From NCBI GenBank assembly GCA_013239625.1, contig MU053376.1, positions 520,833 through 584,832 on the forward strand: a stretch of 64,000 nucleotides of DNA, in the 5' to 3' direction. The notes beneath the pieces are model-generated. The model saw only the letters and a program-made list of their open reading frames with translations, had not been told where the DNA came from and did not search any database. A program made the position numbers and the translations under genes. Positions 1-12,959 of the stretch are shown in pieces. Origin of the DNA: Lama guanicoe (lineage: Eukaryota). The first letter of the stretch is position 1; the number at the start of each line of letters is the position of its first letter.

Positions 1-545
1 CCGCAGCCATCCCCTACGTCCCCAGGAGACCCTCCAAACCAGCAGGCAAGCCTGGCCCAGGTTCCTATGAAATCACTGCCCCTGCCCTTGGACCTGGCAC
101 ACAGGAGATTCTGTGTACACTTCCCAAGAGCATGAAGTCTCTGTTTTCCCCAGTCCCATGGGGCTCCAATTGCTAAGCCCACTGGACTTCAGAATCAGAT
201 GTACTGGGGTCTCCTCCTCCTCCCAATGCCGGAACCCTGAGCTGGGGAGCCTGACGTGGGGCTCAGAGCTCTCACTCCTGTGGGAGGCCCTCTGCAACTT
301 GTTTATTCTTCAGCTTGTGGGTCGCCCACCCGGGGGGTATGGGGCCCGATTATATAGTGAGTGCGCCCCTCCTATCATCCTGCTGTGGTTCCTTCTTTAT
401 GTTTCCAGTTGAAGACGATCTTTTTTGCTAGGTTCCAGTCTTTTTTTTTTTTCCTGATGGCTGTTTAGCAGTCAGCTGTGGTTACATTGTAGCCACGAGG
501 AGAGGTGAGCTCCTAATTCTACCACTCCGCCATCTTGACCGGAAA
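1..545 (-). mobile_element. LINE-1 5' UTR (5' end of an L1 that continues left out of the window)
   Basis: The minus strand starts TTCCGGTCAAGATGGCGGAGT, with the YY1-type CAAGATGGC at 529-537 typical of L1 5' termini. It is followed by L1 5'UTR-like GC-rich sequence. Confidence 0.7.
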
Positions 546-559
546 CCAGCTCACTAGTT

Positions 560-1640
560 TTTTGAGAAACAGTTTGACTTGCTGCTGGCCCTCATAGACC
601 CCCACTTCTGACCACTGGGTACCACCTGAGCTCACAGCCAAAGCTACCCATCATGACTGACAAGCCAGAAGTCCAGGCCCGCCCAGCGGCACTCGGTCAG
701 CAGGTGCAGGTGCTCTCAGTGCGGCCGGGCCACGCAGTGCCAGTGGCTCATCTCCGTTTGCGTGGCAGGTGGCTCAAGCTCTGAGCGCCCACTGCTGCTC
801 TTCTTGCTCTGCCACCTCTTCCTTGTCGATACCTGCAGCCTCAGGACACCTGTAGCCTGAGGAGGAGAACAGCCAAGACCGCTCTGCAGGACTCTCCAGG
901 GCACACTGACACCCACCCCGGCATCGGAGCGCAGCCTGGAGTCCCCCTGAAGGACAGAACAGACACTGCCCAGGGGAGCACTGCCAGCAGGACAGCTTGT
1001 GGACTACTCTGCGTGGAAGCAGAGATGCCCTGAGGTAAGGCTCTCACGAATTCCTGTGCTTTACTAACGGTTCCACCAGATGGTCAAGAACTTGGAAGGG
1101 ATAAGATTGAAGAATTGGTGACAAGGACGTTTAGATGTGTGGATGGGCGCCTCTTGGAATGGGCACAGAATACGAAAATACATGTGTTCCATGTGGATTT
1201 TACCAAGCTCCTACCAACAGTCAGGTAGACAAGATGGTCCACTTTGTGGGTATCGGTTAGAATTCTCCCTCAGCACCCCCAGGGTTTGCTTGGTGGACTT
1301 TGAGAACAGAGTGGCCATGGTGGCCAAGTGGAGGGCTTGGCACAGGCTCAGCCACACTGTCTCACCAAAACCAGCCTGGCTATTGCCCATGTTAAATGTC
1401 CAACATTCCAAAAGCAGAAACTAACCCCTCAGCTCCTGACTTGGCACCACACCCTCGGGGGACCCATCAGCTGCTTTAGGCCAGGTTGGTTAATTCAGAT
1501 AATTGCCTCAGATTTCCTCCTAATGAAGATGTCATGTGGCTCCCGATCCATGGAGGGGTTACAGTTTGTTCTCCTGGAACAGACACTTGTTCCCAGGAAT
1601 GAGGGTTCCTGCTGACCAAGGTCACTTCTGTAACGATGGA
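560..1640 (+). mobile_element. Degenerate ERVL internal (pol RNase H/integrase) relic
   Basis: The ORF at 1328 contains AQAQPHCLTKTSLAIAHVKCPTFQKQK, resembling the ERVL integrase zinc-finger region (WAQQHGLPLTKADLA..CPxCQQQR). SMEGLQFVL resembles SWKGQRFVL. Bases 1080-1200 resemble ERVL RNase H DNA. Many frameshifts are present. Confidence 0.7.
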
Positions 1641-1916
1641 GGTCTGCAGCCCTTTGTTTGTTTGTTTACCAAAGGAATGGATAGCTGGTAAACCAGGTTG
1701 TGGCAGAGAGATCTTGCTGCCAGGGCCAGGGCTGGACCATCCGGAGGCTCCAGAGACAGCCTGCGAGGTGGTCCAGGAGCCAGAGCCAGCTACAGGGAAT
1801 GAAAAGCCAGGGGTGGAAATGTCTATGCTTTGTGAGGGCTAAACAGTGTGGCGGGGTGTGTGCATGTGTGTGTGTAGCATGCCAACATCTCATCCTTCTG
1901 ATCAGCTGGGGATGGC

Positions 1917-2057
1917 TTTTTTTTTAAAACCTTTTATGGGGGGAGATGATTAGGTTTATTTATTTATTTATTTATTTTAAGGGAGGTACCGGGGATTGAA
2001 CCCCAGGACCTCATGCATGCTAAGCACGCGCTCTACCACTGAGCTATACCCCGCCCC
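1917..2057 (-). mobile_element. tRNA-derived SINE (Vic-1-like, camelid)
   Basis: The minus strand has an A box (TAGCTCAGTGG), a B box (GGTTCAATCC) and an (AAAT)n tail with ACCTAAT. Confidence 0.85.
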
Positions 2058-3237
2058 GCCGCCCCAGGACCTGAAGGCAAGAAATGATTCAAGAGCTCTC
2101 AGAGGGAAGGACGAGTGTGAGGCAGTCTCTGATCCTTTGTTTATTCACGGTCCAGCATAGTTTTTGTCACAGACTAGTTTCATTTGTTGAATGAGAAAAG
2201 AAGAAAAGAAAAAAAAACCGAATGAGTGGGTCTGTGTATCCTTCAGGGTTGACGGGATCTCAGACATTATCTACCCCCAACCCCAGCCATTCTGAGACTC
2301 CCGTTTTGGCACCTCCTGATGGGTAGCCACCTCGCTTTGCTTGTTGTGAGTAATAATAGTTCTAGCTGAAACTCATCAAGTGCTTACTCTTGTGAGGTGC
2401 TCGCTTTATATGCACTAACCTCGTGAATGCTTCAAAATTGGAGGAGGTAATTATTATGCTTATGTACTAATGAAGAAGCAGATTCAAGTCACTTCCGCAA
2501 AGTCACACACCTCGTAGATGGCAGACGGGCATTGAAGCCAGATGTGTCTGACGCCGTAGCTTTAGCTCCTGAAACTGTGCTGTGCTGTTTGAACAGATAC
2601 TGCGACAGAGCTCTCGCCACCTCACAAGGCGACTCGTGCCGTCATCAGCCCGCTCTGACTATTGGAGAGCTGTCTTACTTGGACTTGAAACCTACCTCCC
2701 TGTAACTTGCATGCCCTGCTCTGAGTGTCCTCTCCGAAACTTGGGAGAACCACTCTCCTCCCTCTTCAGCCGTCTGAGGTGCACGTGGGGAAGGCTCTCG
2801 TAGACCCCCACCCCGCTTTCCGGGGCCCTCGCCCAAGGGGCCCATGGTTACCGATGCTCTTTGCATGTGGCTCTCAAGCCGAGCAAAGACAGGTGTGACC
2901 AGGGCAGAGCTTCCGGACCATTGCTGCCTGGCTGGACGCTCTACTGTTGTTCATGCCGTTTCATCTCCCAGCAGCTTTTTTGGCAAAAGAAATTCTTCCA
3001 TTGCTCTGACCTGCATGGCTGAGTTACTGAGGAGCTTAGCTCAAGGCAGGAACTATCATGGGAGGGCACGGAGAGCAAGCCCTGCCGGGTCTGGCCTGAG
3101 TTATCTGTGATTCTGGTCTCTGGGTCTAAGTGCCGGGCAGAGAGGGAGGGAGGAGAGGGTGCACAGGAGCTGGAGGGCCACTCCTGGTCTGTGGGGTGAT
3201 GCTTGGTAACGATCTCTTCTGGAGTGGAGCTGCGGGG

Positions 3238-3260
3238 GGTGTGTGTGTGTGTGTGTGTGT
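3238..3260. repeat. (GT)n microsatellite
   Basis: Directly visible. Confidence 0.95.
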
Positions 3261-4234
3261 AAGTTTGTGTGTTAAGTAGCAGAGTAATTTTCAAGTACAG
3301 CTGTTGAGCACCTGCCTCACCAGAGACACTTAATAAAGAACCGTGGCTGTGGGGACCGCTTCTGCACCACCACCATCTCAGGGAGGGCGTGCGGATGAAG
3401 CGCTCACAGATTGGGACGTTTCTGTGGGTCCTACGGGCTGTTATTAGAGTGATAATGACAGTACTAGTTACAGAAAATTCTCTAATACTTCGTGTTTCCG
3501 GGATGTGCAGCTCTGGGGAGAGCATGGGCCTTTGGGGACGGACTCCTTTCTGCACTCCTCTCCCCAAAACACTGCTCTTCCCTTCTGAATGTTCCCGCTT
3601 TCAGGACTTGCTTTATATCAGCCGCAGGAAAAAGATTCAGGATGCCGTAGGGGAGATTTCTGTCTTGCTAAGTCTCTACACTCTGTGGAGAGTGGCCAAT
3701 TAGAGCCCAGCTCCGAGAGACGCATCAGTGTGGTACCTGGGTCCTTGGGCCCCTCTGCCAGGCTGGCTCCCTGGGCGAGTGACCACAGATCACAGCCGTC
3801 TCCTAGCAATGGGGGGAGGGCCGAAGGGCAGGACGTGATCACTGGGCAGAAGCTGGGAAACCAGAGAGGGTGGAAGAAACGATAAACTCATCATTACTCA
3901 GTGTCACAGGGTAGGGAACAGCCAGATACCTTCAACTATATTGATAATTCAGAGCTTCAGAATAGCTTGGAAAGGAACTCCAGGGCTGGTGCTTCATTTG
4001 CCTGGTCCCCACCCCCTTTTCGCCCACCCTCATTTCCCCATAACTTCGGGGGACACTAAGGGCTTGAAGACAGGAGAGTGGTCAAAAGGCCTGGCTAATT
4101 TTTAACCTGATGTTAGTGGTTGCGCTCCATGGTGACGTGGGTGGAAGAGGGTGGGAGTCTGCCAGCCCCATCCTCCTGAGCCTCCATGTCTCATTAGCTT
4201 CATGATTCAAGCCTCTGGGCCTTCATTTACTATC

Positions 4235-4900
4235 AGAAACTTGTAACGAGCACCTACACCAAGCCAGGCTGTGTTCTAGGTGCTGGGATAAAACATGAAC
4301 AAGACCCTGCTCGCAAAACCTTCTGTCTTAAGAACACGGCGAGTCACCAGGGAACACACCAGTGGCCAAGTCCTGGGAGTGATGGCCCCCATGGTAAAAC
4401 TGAGAAGAGGCCCTGACTCAGAGTCCTGGAGGCCATGGAAGGCTTCCTGGAGGAAGCAACATCTAGGCTGCGGCCCAAAGGGTGACCAGAACTAGTCAGA
4501 TGAAGAGAGGAAGGAGGGTGTTGTGGGGGAGAATAACATAATGTTCAAAGGCCCAGCAGAGGCAGTGGGTGTGCTGTGCTCGAGCAATCGAAAGACATGT
4601 GTTTGGCTGGATCTTGGAGTAGAGGCGGGTGACAGAGCAGATGTACTGAGAACTAGGCAGGCCTGGGTTGTGAAGGGCTGTGATTATGTGTCAATGAGTT
4701 TCGTCTGAGAGCAGTAGGAGCCATGAAACACTCTAAGCAGGGAAGCCAGAGTACTGGATTTGAATTTTCCAAAGAGCCCTTTGGCTGCTGATTCCCCACC
4801 ACAAATAGAGGGAGGCAGGGAGGCCGGGTTGGAGGCTGTCACGGTGGAAGAGTTGACTGTGGCCTGGATTTCCATGTTCACTGAGAATGAGGGACTCCTC
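4235..4900 (-). mobile_element. L2 fragment
   Basis: GAGCACCTAC..GCCAGGC..TTCTAGGTGCTGGGATA..GGAAGGCTTCCTGGAGGAAG, typical antisense L2. Confidence 0.65.
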
Positions 4901-5269
4901 AGCTGTCCTGTCCCCCATCATCCCCTCACTCTGTGCTCCGTTTGCCCCGTGCAGCCAGCTCAGGAGAGGGTGGTGGCCCACTGCTGCCCTCACCCCAGAT
5001 CTGCCCCATCGCTGAGTGCCCCTGTCACTTGAGCACCATTGCTTTTGGGAGTTTGTTTCACTCACTGCCTTGGAAGCCTTTCTTTTCTTGGTTCCTCCCA
5101 GGCATGCTGGAGTGTAGGACCCCTTCAGGGCTGAGGAATGACCCTGAGATCTCTGAGAAGAAGGCAGGGGAGGGCAGGACTGCAATCATCTGAGGCCCCG
5201 GATTCTCATTTCAAGTCCAGAGTTGCTGGGGGAGCCCCCTCGTCCTCAGTGACTCCTTAAGAGCAAAGC

Positions 5270-5910
5270 AGGGTGGAGAAATGGGAACCCTTGTGCACTG
5301 TTGGTGGGAATATAAAATGGTGCAACTGCTGTGGAAAACAGCGTGGTGAATTCTCAAAAATATAAAAAATAGAATTGCCATAGGATCCACTAATTCCACT
5401 TCTGAATATATAGAAGAGAATTGAGAGCAGGATCTCAAAGAGATATTTGCACACCCATGTTCATAGCAGCATTATTCACAATAATTAAGAGGTAGAGGCC
5501 ACCCGAGTGCCCGTCACCGGATGACTGGATAAATCAAATGAGGTGCATACATGCAGTGGAATATTATTCAGCCTTAAAAAGGAAGGAAGTTATGGCACAT
5601 GCTTCACATGGATGAACTTTGAGGACATTATGCTAAGTACAATGAGCCAGTACAGAAAGACTGTGTTTTCGAGGTGTCTAGAATAAATTCATAGAGACAG
5701 AAAATAGAATGGTGATTTCCAGGGGCTGGGGGAAGGGGGCTTTGGGGACTTGCTTAATGGGGATAGAGTTTCCGTTTTGCAAGATGAAGAAAATTCTGGT
5801 GGTGGTTGCACAATGTGAATACCTTTAACTCGTCTGAGCTGCACACTTAGAAATGGTCATAATGGTACATTGTATGTTGTGTGTTTTAAACCACAATTTA
5901 AAAGGAAAAT
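5270..5910 (+). mobile_element. Old L1 (L1M-type) 3' end
   Basis: Typical L1 ORF2-end and 3'UTR words: GGAACCCTTGTGCACTGTTGGTGGGAA, CACACCCATGTTCATAGCAGCATTATTCACAATA, ATGGATGAACTTTGAGGACATTATGCTAAG. Confidence 0.85.
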
Positions 5911-6682
5911 TTTAAGAATCAGCTGATTTAAATTTTTTTTAAAAAGCAAAGCAGGGACAAGAGGGCAGGGTGGGGTCTTAGCAGCTCTCCCTTTTTGAGG
6001 GCAGTAGGGAGTGAGAGGGCAACCCAGATTCCGACTCTCCTCACCGGAGGACCCTTGATTCCCAGGTGTCCCCTCGCCCTCCCGGGACTGGTGAAGACAA
6101 GAGGCACCTGGAGGGGCAGGAGGCATGCTGAGCATTTTAGTTGGTACCGAAACAGCCAAGGTCACGGCTTGGCAACGGCCAATGCACCTCCTCCACACAC
6201 ATACTCTCTCTCCTCTGAGCACATATTTTCAACTTACTTTCCCTTGCACATTAGTCTGAGCTTGCTTCCTCTCTGTTAAAATAGTGGGGGTGCTGCGAGG
6301 TAGGAAACGTGATGCTGCCTTGGTCCTACCCTCATCCAGGGGTATCTCTGCCTCCCCACTTCTCCTACCTACTCTGTCTCTTCAGAAACCTGTAGCTGAG
6401 GTCCCGCTGGAGGCCAGGGGTGGATGGATTCGTGAGCAGGAAGCCCTTTCACCCACAGGGAAAAGGTCAGCCCGGAATGGGAGGCTGTGCTGATGTCCCT
6501 TCGCTCAGATGGGCTGTTGCCTCCCTCCCGCCCCCTCTGGCTAGAGCGGCCAGACCTGCTGGGGTCCTAGGATGGGCCTGATGTCAGACCCCCAGGTGGC
6601 TGGACTGAGGTCACCTGGGGGTTTGAGTGGTTTCTCGCCACCTCAGGGGCGAGACTTCTGCTGTCCACTGCATGTTTATTTT

Positions 6683-6797
6683 ATGGGGGGGGTATTTGGT
6701 TTATTTGTTTATTTTTAGAGGGGGTACTGGGGATTGAACTCAGGACCTCATGTATGCTGAGCATGCGCTCTACCACTGAGCTATACCCTACCCCCCA
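6683..6797 (-). mobile_element. tRNA-derived SINE (Vic-1-like)
   Basis: A and B boxes; perfect 14-bp TSD TGCATGTTTATTTT at 6669-6682 and 6798-6811. Confidence 0.9.
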
Positions 6798-7060
6798 TGC
6801 ATGTTTATTTTCCTAGGATCTTGACCATAAACACTGCAGTGAGTTCCTTAGTGTTCTGGGGAGGTTAGATATGCATGGTTCTCCTACGCTTTGGGGCATC
6901 TTGACTAGGATGTGGTGAATATCCACTGAGGAGTCAGAGAGGAAGACGTGGGGTGGTGATGGTGTGTGTACATCTTGCTTGAAAAACCATCCTTTTCTCA
7001 GCAAAGCCTTCACTAGCCTCTCTAGTCTTCTCTGGGTCTCCTCCTCTGAATTCAGAGTCT

Positions 7061-7189
7061 TTTTTAAAATTTTTTTTTTTAATTTTGGGGAGGTAATTAG
7101 GTTCATTTATTTATTTTTAATGGAGGAGCTGGGGATTGAACCTCAAGCATGCTAGGCATGCACTCTACCACTGAGCTATACCCTCCCCC
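7061..7189 (-). mobile_element. tRNA-derived SINE (Vic-1-like)
   Basis: A and B boxes; TSD GAATTCAGAG(T/C)CT at 7048-7060 and 7190-7202. Confidence 0.9.
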
Positions 7190-7823
7190 GAATTCAGAGC
7201 CTGTGTTCTCCTCAGTCCAACTCTTGATCATCTTTGTCTTGTGTTATTGGCACGACATAGAAATTCTCTCATAGGCTGAGACATGACTCCTTAACCAAAT
7301 GGTAGATTCCTGCCAGGAAATGCTCTTCATTTCTTATTTGACTTTGGTAGTAGGATCTTATAGAGGGTCTTTGTTTTGCAAAAATATTGTAGTGTTTCAT
7401 CCATTTCCCACGAGTCTCTCTTAACTTTGGACATCCAAGTCATTTACTTTTTTTTTCCAAGTCATTTACTTTTGAGGTAACTTTTGTGTCATGGCTCCTT
7501 GTGGATTTTCTCTTCTTCAGCCTTATTTTTCCAATGGTTTTGTGGGTGATTTAAATACTTTTCTAACATTGATTTCAAAAACCTCATTAAAGCCTGCACT
7601 TGGGGAGGCAAGATATGCAATTTCACTTTGCAATTGGTTTGAAGCATATTTGTTTGGGGTGGTGGTGGTGGTAACCACCCACAGTCTGCAGACTGACAAA
7701 GATCTTTGACGCATGGGTTGGGTCTGGCTGAGGCTGCAGTTAAACGGTAAAGAACAAAATAGAGTCAGGGGTTAAGGTTAGAATGTGGTCAGCTCGTTAG
7801 TGAGTATTTTTGTGTTATGTTGA

Positions 7824-7952
7824 TTTTTTAAAAAATTTTTTTGGAGGAGGGAGGTAATTAGTTTCATTTATTTAAATGGAGGCACTGGGGATTGAACCCA
7901 GGACCTTGTGCTTGCTAAGCACATGCTCCACCATAGAGTTCCACCCTCCCCT
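7824..7952 (-). mobile_element. tRNA-derived SINE (Vic-1-like, more diverged)
   Basis: GGGGATTGAACCCAGGACC..TGCTAAGCA core and T-rich tail. Confidence 0.85.
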
Positions 7953-8209
7953 CTGTGTCAGGCTGACTTCTGTGTCCCAGCACAGCCTGTGAGAGCTGGA
8001 ATGTTAATGCTCAGTTAACAAGGACCTCTGTCTTGCCCTTCTGACACCTGATGGTAATTAGGAACGCACGCTTGATCTGCAGGTTGTAACTTCCCGCGAC
8101 CCCAGCAGGAGTCTCTGCAGAGCTGAGCCTTGTGTGTGGGAGGGGAAGCCTGGGGTGCATTTCTTCCTGGGTTTAGAGCTAATGAGTGGGAGTCTCAGGG
8201 CTGTGGTTT

Positions 8210-8310
8210 CAGTTCAGTCTAAGGAAAAACTTCTTAAAAAGTAGAATTGTTAAACGAGAAGGGCTGCCTCATGAGGCAATGAGCTCTCTGTCACTTAAAG
8301 TATTTAAAGC
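8210..8310 (+). mobile_element. CR1/L3-type 3' fragment
   Basis: AAGGAAAAACTTCTTAA..GGGCTGCCTCATGAGGCAATGAGCTCTCTGTCACT..GTATTTAA. Confidence 0.5.
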
Positions 8311-8729
8311 GGGGACGAGATGATGGGGCAGGTGTGGAGAGAACATCTATGCCGGGTGAGAGGTGAGGCTAGAGAATGCTTCCAAACCTGAGAGTCAGTT
8401 ACCCTACATCTTCTGTGCTGAGGCTGGGGCTGAATTCCTTTCATCCCCTGGTCCCCTGGGCATCTCATAAATACAGCCATAGCAGCTTGGTTGATGGTTA
8501 GGGAATGAATGTCTGTCCTGGTGGATTGAATGAATGAACCAGTTCTCAGCTTCCAAGTGGTCCTCAGCACCTGGGCACTCTAGACACCAAAGCCAAGGTT
8601 AGGTGTCCCCACAGTCCTTCCCAGGGGAACCAGAGTGGGCAAAGGAGCCCCAAGGAGAGAATAGAGGTCTTGGAAAGAGGGGCCGCTGGGGAGCTCAGAA
8701 AGAGTGTTTGCAATGTCCCGAGCTCCTAC

Positions 8730-9160
8730 TCCAGCGGCTCTCAACCTTGACTGTACATTTAAGTCACCCGAGGAGCTTTTAAAAAAAGTGGTAATGTCTG
8801 TACCTCACCTCTGGAGACTCATTTAATTGGTCTGCGGTGCTGGCACCAGGAGTTTGCAAAACTCCCCAGGTGATTCTAATGCACAGCCAAGGTTGAGAGC
8901 AGCTCCCTTACTAAGTGCCGGGTGATTTACATATCTTTGCTCATTTAATCCTCACAAGAACTCATGAGTTAGGTCACTGCCTCTCAGAGCGTGGTCCAGA
9001 GCCGGCAGCCTCCCCTGGGAGGCTGTGTTAGCAATGCAGATTTTCAAGCCCCACTCCGGACTCAAAGAATTGAGCCTCTCAGCTGAGCCCAGCAGTCTGT
9101 GTTTTGACCAACGTCCAGGTGATTCAGGGTGCGCGCTCCAGGCTGAGAACCACGGGGTTA
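8730..9160. mobile_element. Two MER5-type hAT elements (about 8730-8905 and 8980-9160)
   Basis: TCTCAACCTTGACTG..CCCCAGGTGATTCTAATGCACAGCCAAGGTTGAGA; AATGCAGATTTTC..CCAGGTGATTC..TGAGAACCAC. Confidence 0.75.
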
Positions 9161-10783
9161 GGTACAAAGCAGCCCTCGTTCACGGATGAGGCAGGCAGGT
9201 GTAGTCACCGGCCCAAGGTCTCAGGGATAGTAAGGATCCCGGCCGGGATTTAAATCCAGGTTGATGTCTCTGTGTAGACATACCATGCTGTGTGTGGGGA
9301 GGTGACTGGCATCTCTCGCTAGCCCTGGGTTGGTTCTTTCTCCTCCTCGCTTGGTGCCAACACGTTAGCTCCATCTGGAGCCCAATTGCTCTTGCCCTGG
9401 GGACGCAAAGGGCAGAACATCCCGGGGTTCGCTCTAAAACAGTTTTATTAGGCGCTTAAAATAGCTTCTGGCAGATGGCGGGTAGAATGGGAACTGGAAC
9501 AGAGCTGCCAATAACATTTACAAAGTTGTGTGTGTTTGTGCAAGCACATGGACATGCACGTGTGCACACAGCTCACGTGTGTGCGTGGGGGGAGGGTCAG
9601 AGGAGTTGAGGAACTGGGAAGGGGAGTAAAGGAGAAATAGAACAGGACGGGTGATTCAAATCTATTTAAGATTAAAAAGGCGAAGGGCTTGAGACCGGGT
9701 TTCCCTAGGCTCTTGGGTGAATCCTGTGCCCTCCCTGGGCACATGCTGGTCAGACAGAAGTTATTCAGGGGCTGTGTGAGCTCTAATGTGGCTCTCAGGA
9801 CTGGGGGACCCATGGAGCTGATGTGGGGGTGGGGGTGGTGCAGCAGAGTTCCAGGAAGCTGATGGGTTTTGATGGGTTAAAAGCTTGAAGTTTTGGTTGA
9901 AGGTTAGGGTCAGACATAGAAGCCCCTGCTTTGCAAATGAAAACACTGAGAATTCACGTCATCAACCTTATTTTAAAGGAAATGTCTATATATGCACATC
10001 TGAATCTGAATCCACTGAGTGCAGAGACAGCAGTGTTCATCGATCTAAGCCTCCCTGACGGTCCCGCAGATTGCTGTGGGCGGCTCTGTTTCCCTTGGCA
10101 ACTCCCATCTGCAGTCTTCAGTCCTACAGCTGGGAGTGTGGCTCGAGGACCAGTCATTCTCGATGCAGTCACTCTTGATCTTTCTGGGCTTTAGACCCAC
10201 TTCAGAGTCTTGTTAAATTCAAGACGCCCTCTCTCTAGAAAACTTCACATATGCATATGTACACAGAAAAATCTGCCAGCAATTCACAGAGGCCCCTGGA
10301 CTCTCCAAGTCCATCTTTGAATGACTGCCCTGAGGAGGGAGGATGGCCATCCATCTCCCCAGGACTCAGTCCAGCCCCGCCCTGAACCAAGAGATCCGGA
10401 TGCTTTTTCCCCTCCACCTCTCGCTGTCAGGCAATGGAGAGCATGACACTGAGGCCATTAGAGGGAACCAGATGACTGTGAGGCTGGGCTTACCTGTGAG
10501 GGCTGGGACTTGCCAAGCAGTGGCTGCTGAGCTGTGGAGCCAGGCACTGCCACGGTCCTCACTTCCCAGCTGTGGCTCCTCTGCCTGGGTCAGCTCCACC
10601 CCCACGAGTCCTAGAACCCCTCCGTGGGCTCCAGCTCATATGCACACTCCCAGCTCCTGTGATCCTTGTCCGTATGGGTGACACCACCTCCTCTCTGTCC
10701 TCTGGAGTCAGTATCTGGTTATTTCCGTCCACCTTCCCCCCTGACTCCACCCCGAGAGGAGCGAACGTCACTTACTCCTCGGG

Positions 10784-10953
10784 TTTCTTTTTCTTTTTCT
10801 TTCTTTCCTTTTTTTTTTTAAAAGCATTTTTCTTTTTCTTGAGGAGATGGAGGTAATTAGGTTTATTGTTAATGGAGGTACTAGGATTTGAACCCAGGAC
10901 CCTGTGCATGCTAAGCACACACTCTACCACTGAGCTATACCCTCACCGCCCCC
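10784..10953 (-). mobile_element. tRNA-derived SINE (Vic-1-like)
   Basis: A and B boxes, long T-rich tail, flanked by ACTCCT..GGTTT repeats. Confidence 0.85.
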
Positions 10954-10989
10954 AACTCCTGGTTTTTTATGTAGAACTTAGTGTGGGTT

Positions 10990-11215
10990 GGTGAGCAGAG
11001 CATGGGAATTCAGAATTAGAAGACCTGGGTTCAAATTCCAGCTCTACTCTTACTGGTTGTGCAACCTCAGGTAAGTTATTTAAATTTTCCAAGCATCGGT
11101 CTCCTTACCTGTAAAATGGGAATAATAATCATTTGTGTCCTGCCTAACTCACTGAGTTATTACGAAGAGCAAATGAGAAAGTAGGTATTAAGGAGGTTAG
11201 AAATGTGCCACAACG
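10990..11215 (+). mobile_element. MIR (one of many; others near 2.4, 12.4, 21.7, 22.5, 23.7, 36.1, 38.2, 43.7, 49.8, 56.4 and 62.5 kb)
   Basis: CTGGGTTCAAATTCCAGCTCTACT..CTGTAAAATGGGAATAATAAT core. Confidence 0.75.
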
Positions 11216-12959
11216 TACTGCACACCATTCTTATCATGCAGGTTGAGACTGGGTTCCTTCTTCCCTCCTCACCGGCTGATAGCCTGATCCTTTTTGGTCC
11301 CCAAGGGTGTCAGTGAGGGAATGAGGAATAGCCCCTTAGCACTTCCTCAACCTGCTCGTGTTCTCTTGTTGCCCAAAGAGCTGCCATTTTCCAACACTGG
11401 CTCTTTGCGCTCTAAGACATCCACAAGCAAGACAACCGGGTCTCTTTTTGTGCACAGTGGTGCTGAAGACAGGGGTGGGGACAATGGTGCCTGGAAATTT
11501 CTACAAACTATGCAGAGGGGAACTCAGAGTTCCCTGGCTGGGGACTGGAGAAAAGGACCTGGAGGGCACACAGATTTGGAGTGTGTGGTGGAGGTGGAGG
11601 ATGGGGACACTGATTCATGACTGTAGAAGGGCAGTGGAAGGTCACAAGAAACAGAACCAGCTTTTGGATGATGGTGGAAGGAGAATGGCTCAGGAGGGCC
11701 CTGTAGTGTGAGGAGGATACGGCCATTTGGTCAGAAGGAGGCCGTGGGGACCCCGTTTTTTAATTGATGCTATAAAATGGGCACAGAGACCAGATAAAGC
11801 AGGCACAGGACTCCTGCCACCTGGGCACTTGCTGGATGCATTGCTCAGCTCAAAGTCGAGCCCCCAGTTGAGCTCTTGACTTGGCCAGCCGACATCTGAG
11901 CTCAGAGGGAAAGGAAGTACGTGGGCAAAGGCTGCTCTGGATGCATTTCTGATCAACAAAGAAGAACCAACTGGTGAGGGGAGAGATCAAAAGCTTCAGA
12001 GGGAGCCCCCATGGAATTTGAGAGTTCACAGTATCCAAGGAAGGAAAGGATGAGGGGGCAAAAATCAGATACCCGGGCTTCTAAAAAGCATGTTCCAAAA
12101 ATTCAGTAAAAAGAATTATAAGCTGTGAGTCTCAAGAGAATATAGTTCAAGAGGTTTTAAAACTGAAGTCCTGACAATAAAGCCACAAATTATCCCGAGG
12201 GGGGGAAAAAGAGGACAGCGTCTAAAAATAAATGTGGTTGCACAGGGAACTGTCTGAAATCTGCACACAGATTTTAGAAGTTCTCATGTTCTCAAAAAAC
12301 TATTGACATACTTTTAAAGTATATGAATTTGAATATAGTAGAACAGTGAAGACGGAGCTTTGGGAACCAGGCGGCGCTCGGACCCTGACTGTGCCGCCCA
12401 CTGGCTGTGTGGCCTTGGATGCGCCCTTTAGCCTTTCTGAGCTCCGATACCTAGATTTGTAAAATGGGGACGATTGGATCTACTTTATGAGGTGGCTGTG
12501 AATGAAGTGAAGGGGCGCACGTGAAATCCCTGCTAGAGCGCCGAGCACATAGTAGATGCTCCATGTTAGCCACCGTCACCATTCTTTAAAAAAATAGCAG
12601 GAGATGCTCTTAATCAAAGGGCCTGTGTAAAAGGATAGCCCAGATGGGGAAGAGTCATCCCGGGAAGGTTAAGGACAGGGTGATCTGACAACGTGTGAAA
12701 TCTATGAGGGACACACAAGGGTTCTTTTGGTGCCATCATCAAGAAGGAAGGTAGATGCCAGGCCTGGAGGAGCCAATGAGTTGTTACGGTGTTGCTTTTG
12801 CCATGTTTTGGCAACACCCCCCCGCCTTGCGTTGTCCGGGGAAGGGCAGGAGAAGGGCTTCTCCCTAGGGGTGCTGCCTCTCCCTAGGGGTGACTGATGT
12901 GTTTGAATGACAAGTATGATTAAGATGAACTTGCAGGCCAGTGAAGATCACTCCTCACT

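Noticed and set aside
2941..3567. 208-aa minus-strand ORF
   Set aside because: It runs through a (GT)n microsatellite (THTHTH), has no domain, and has a non-ATG start.
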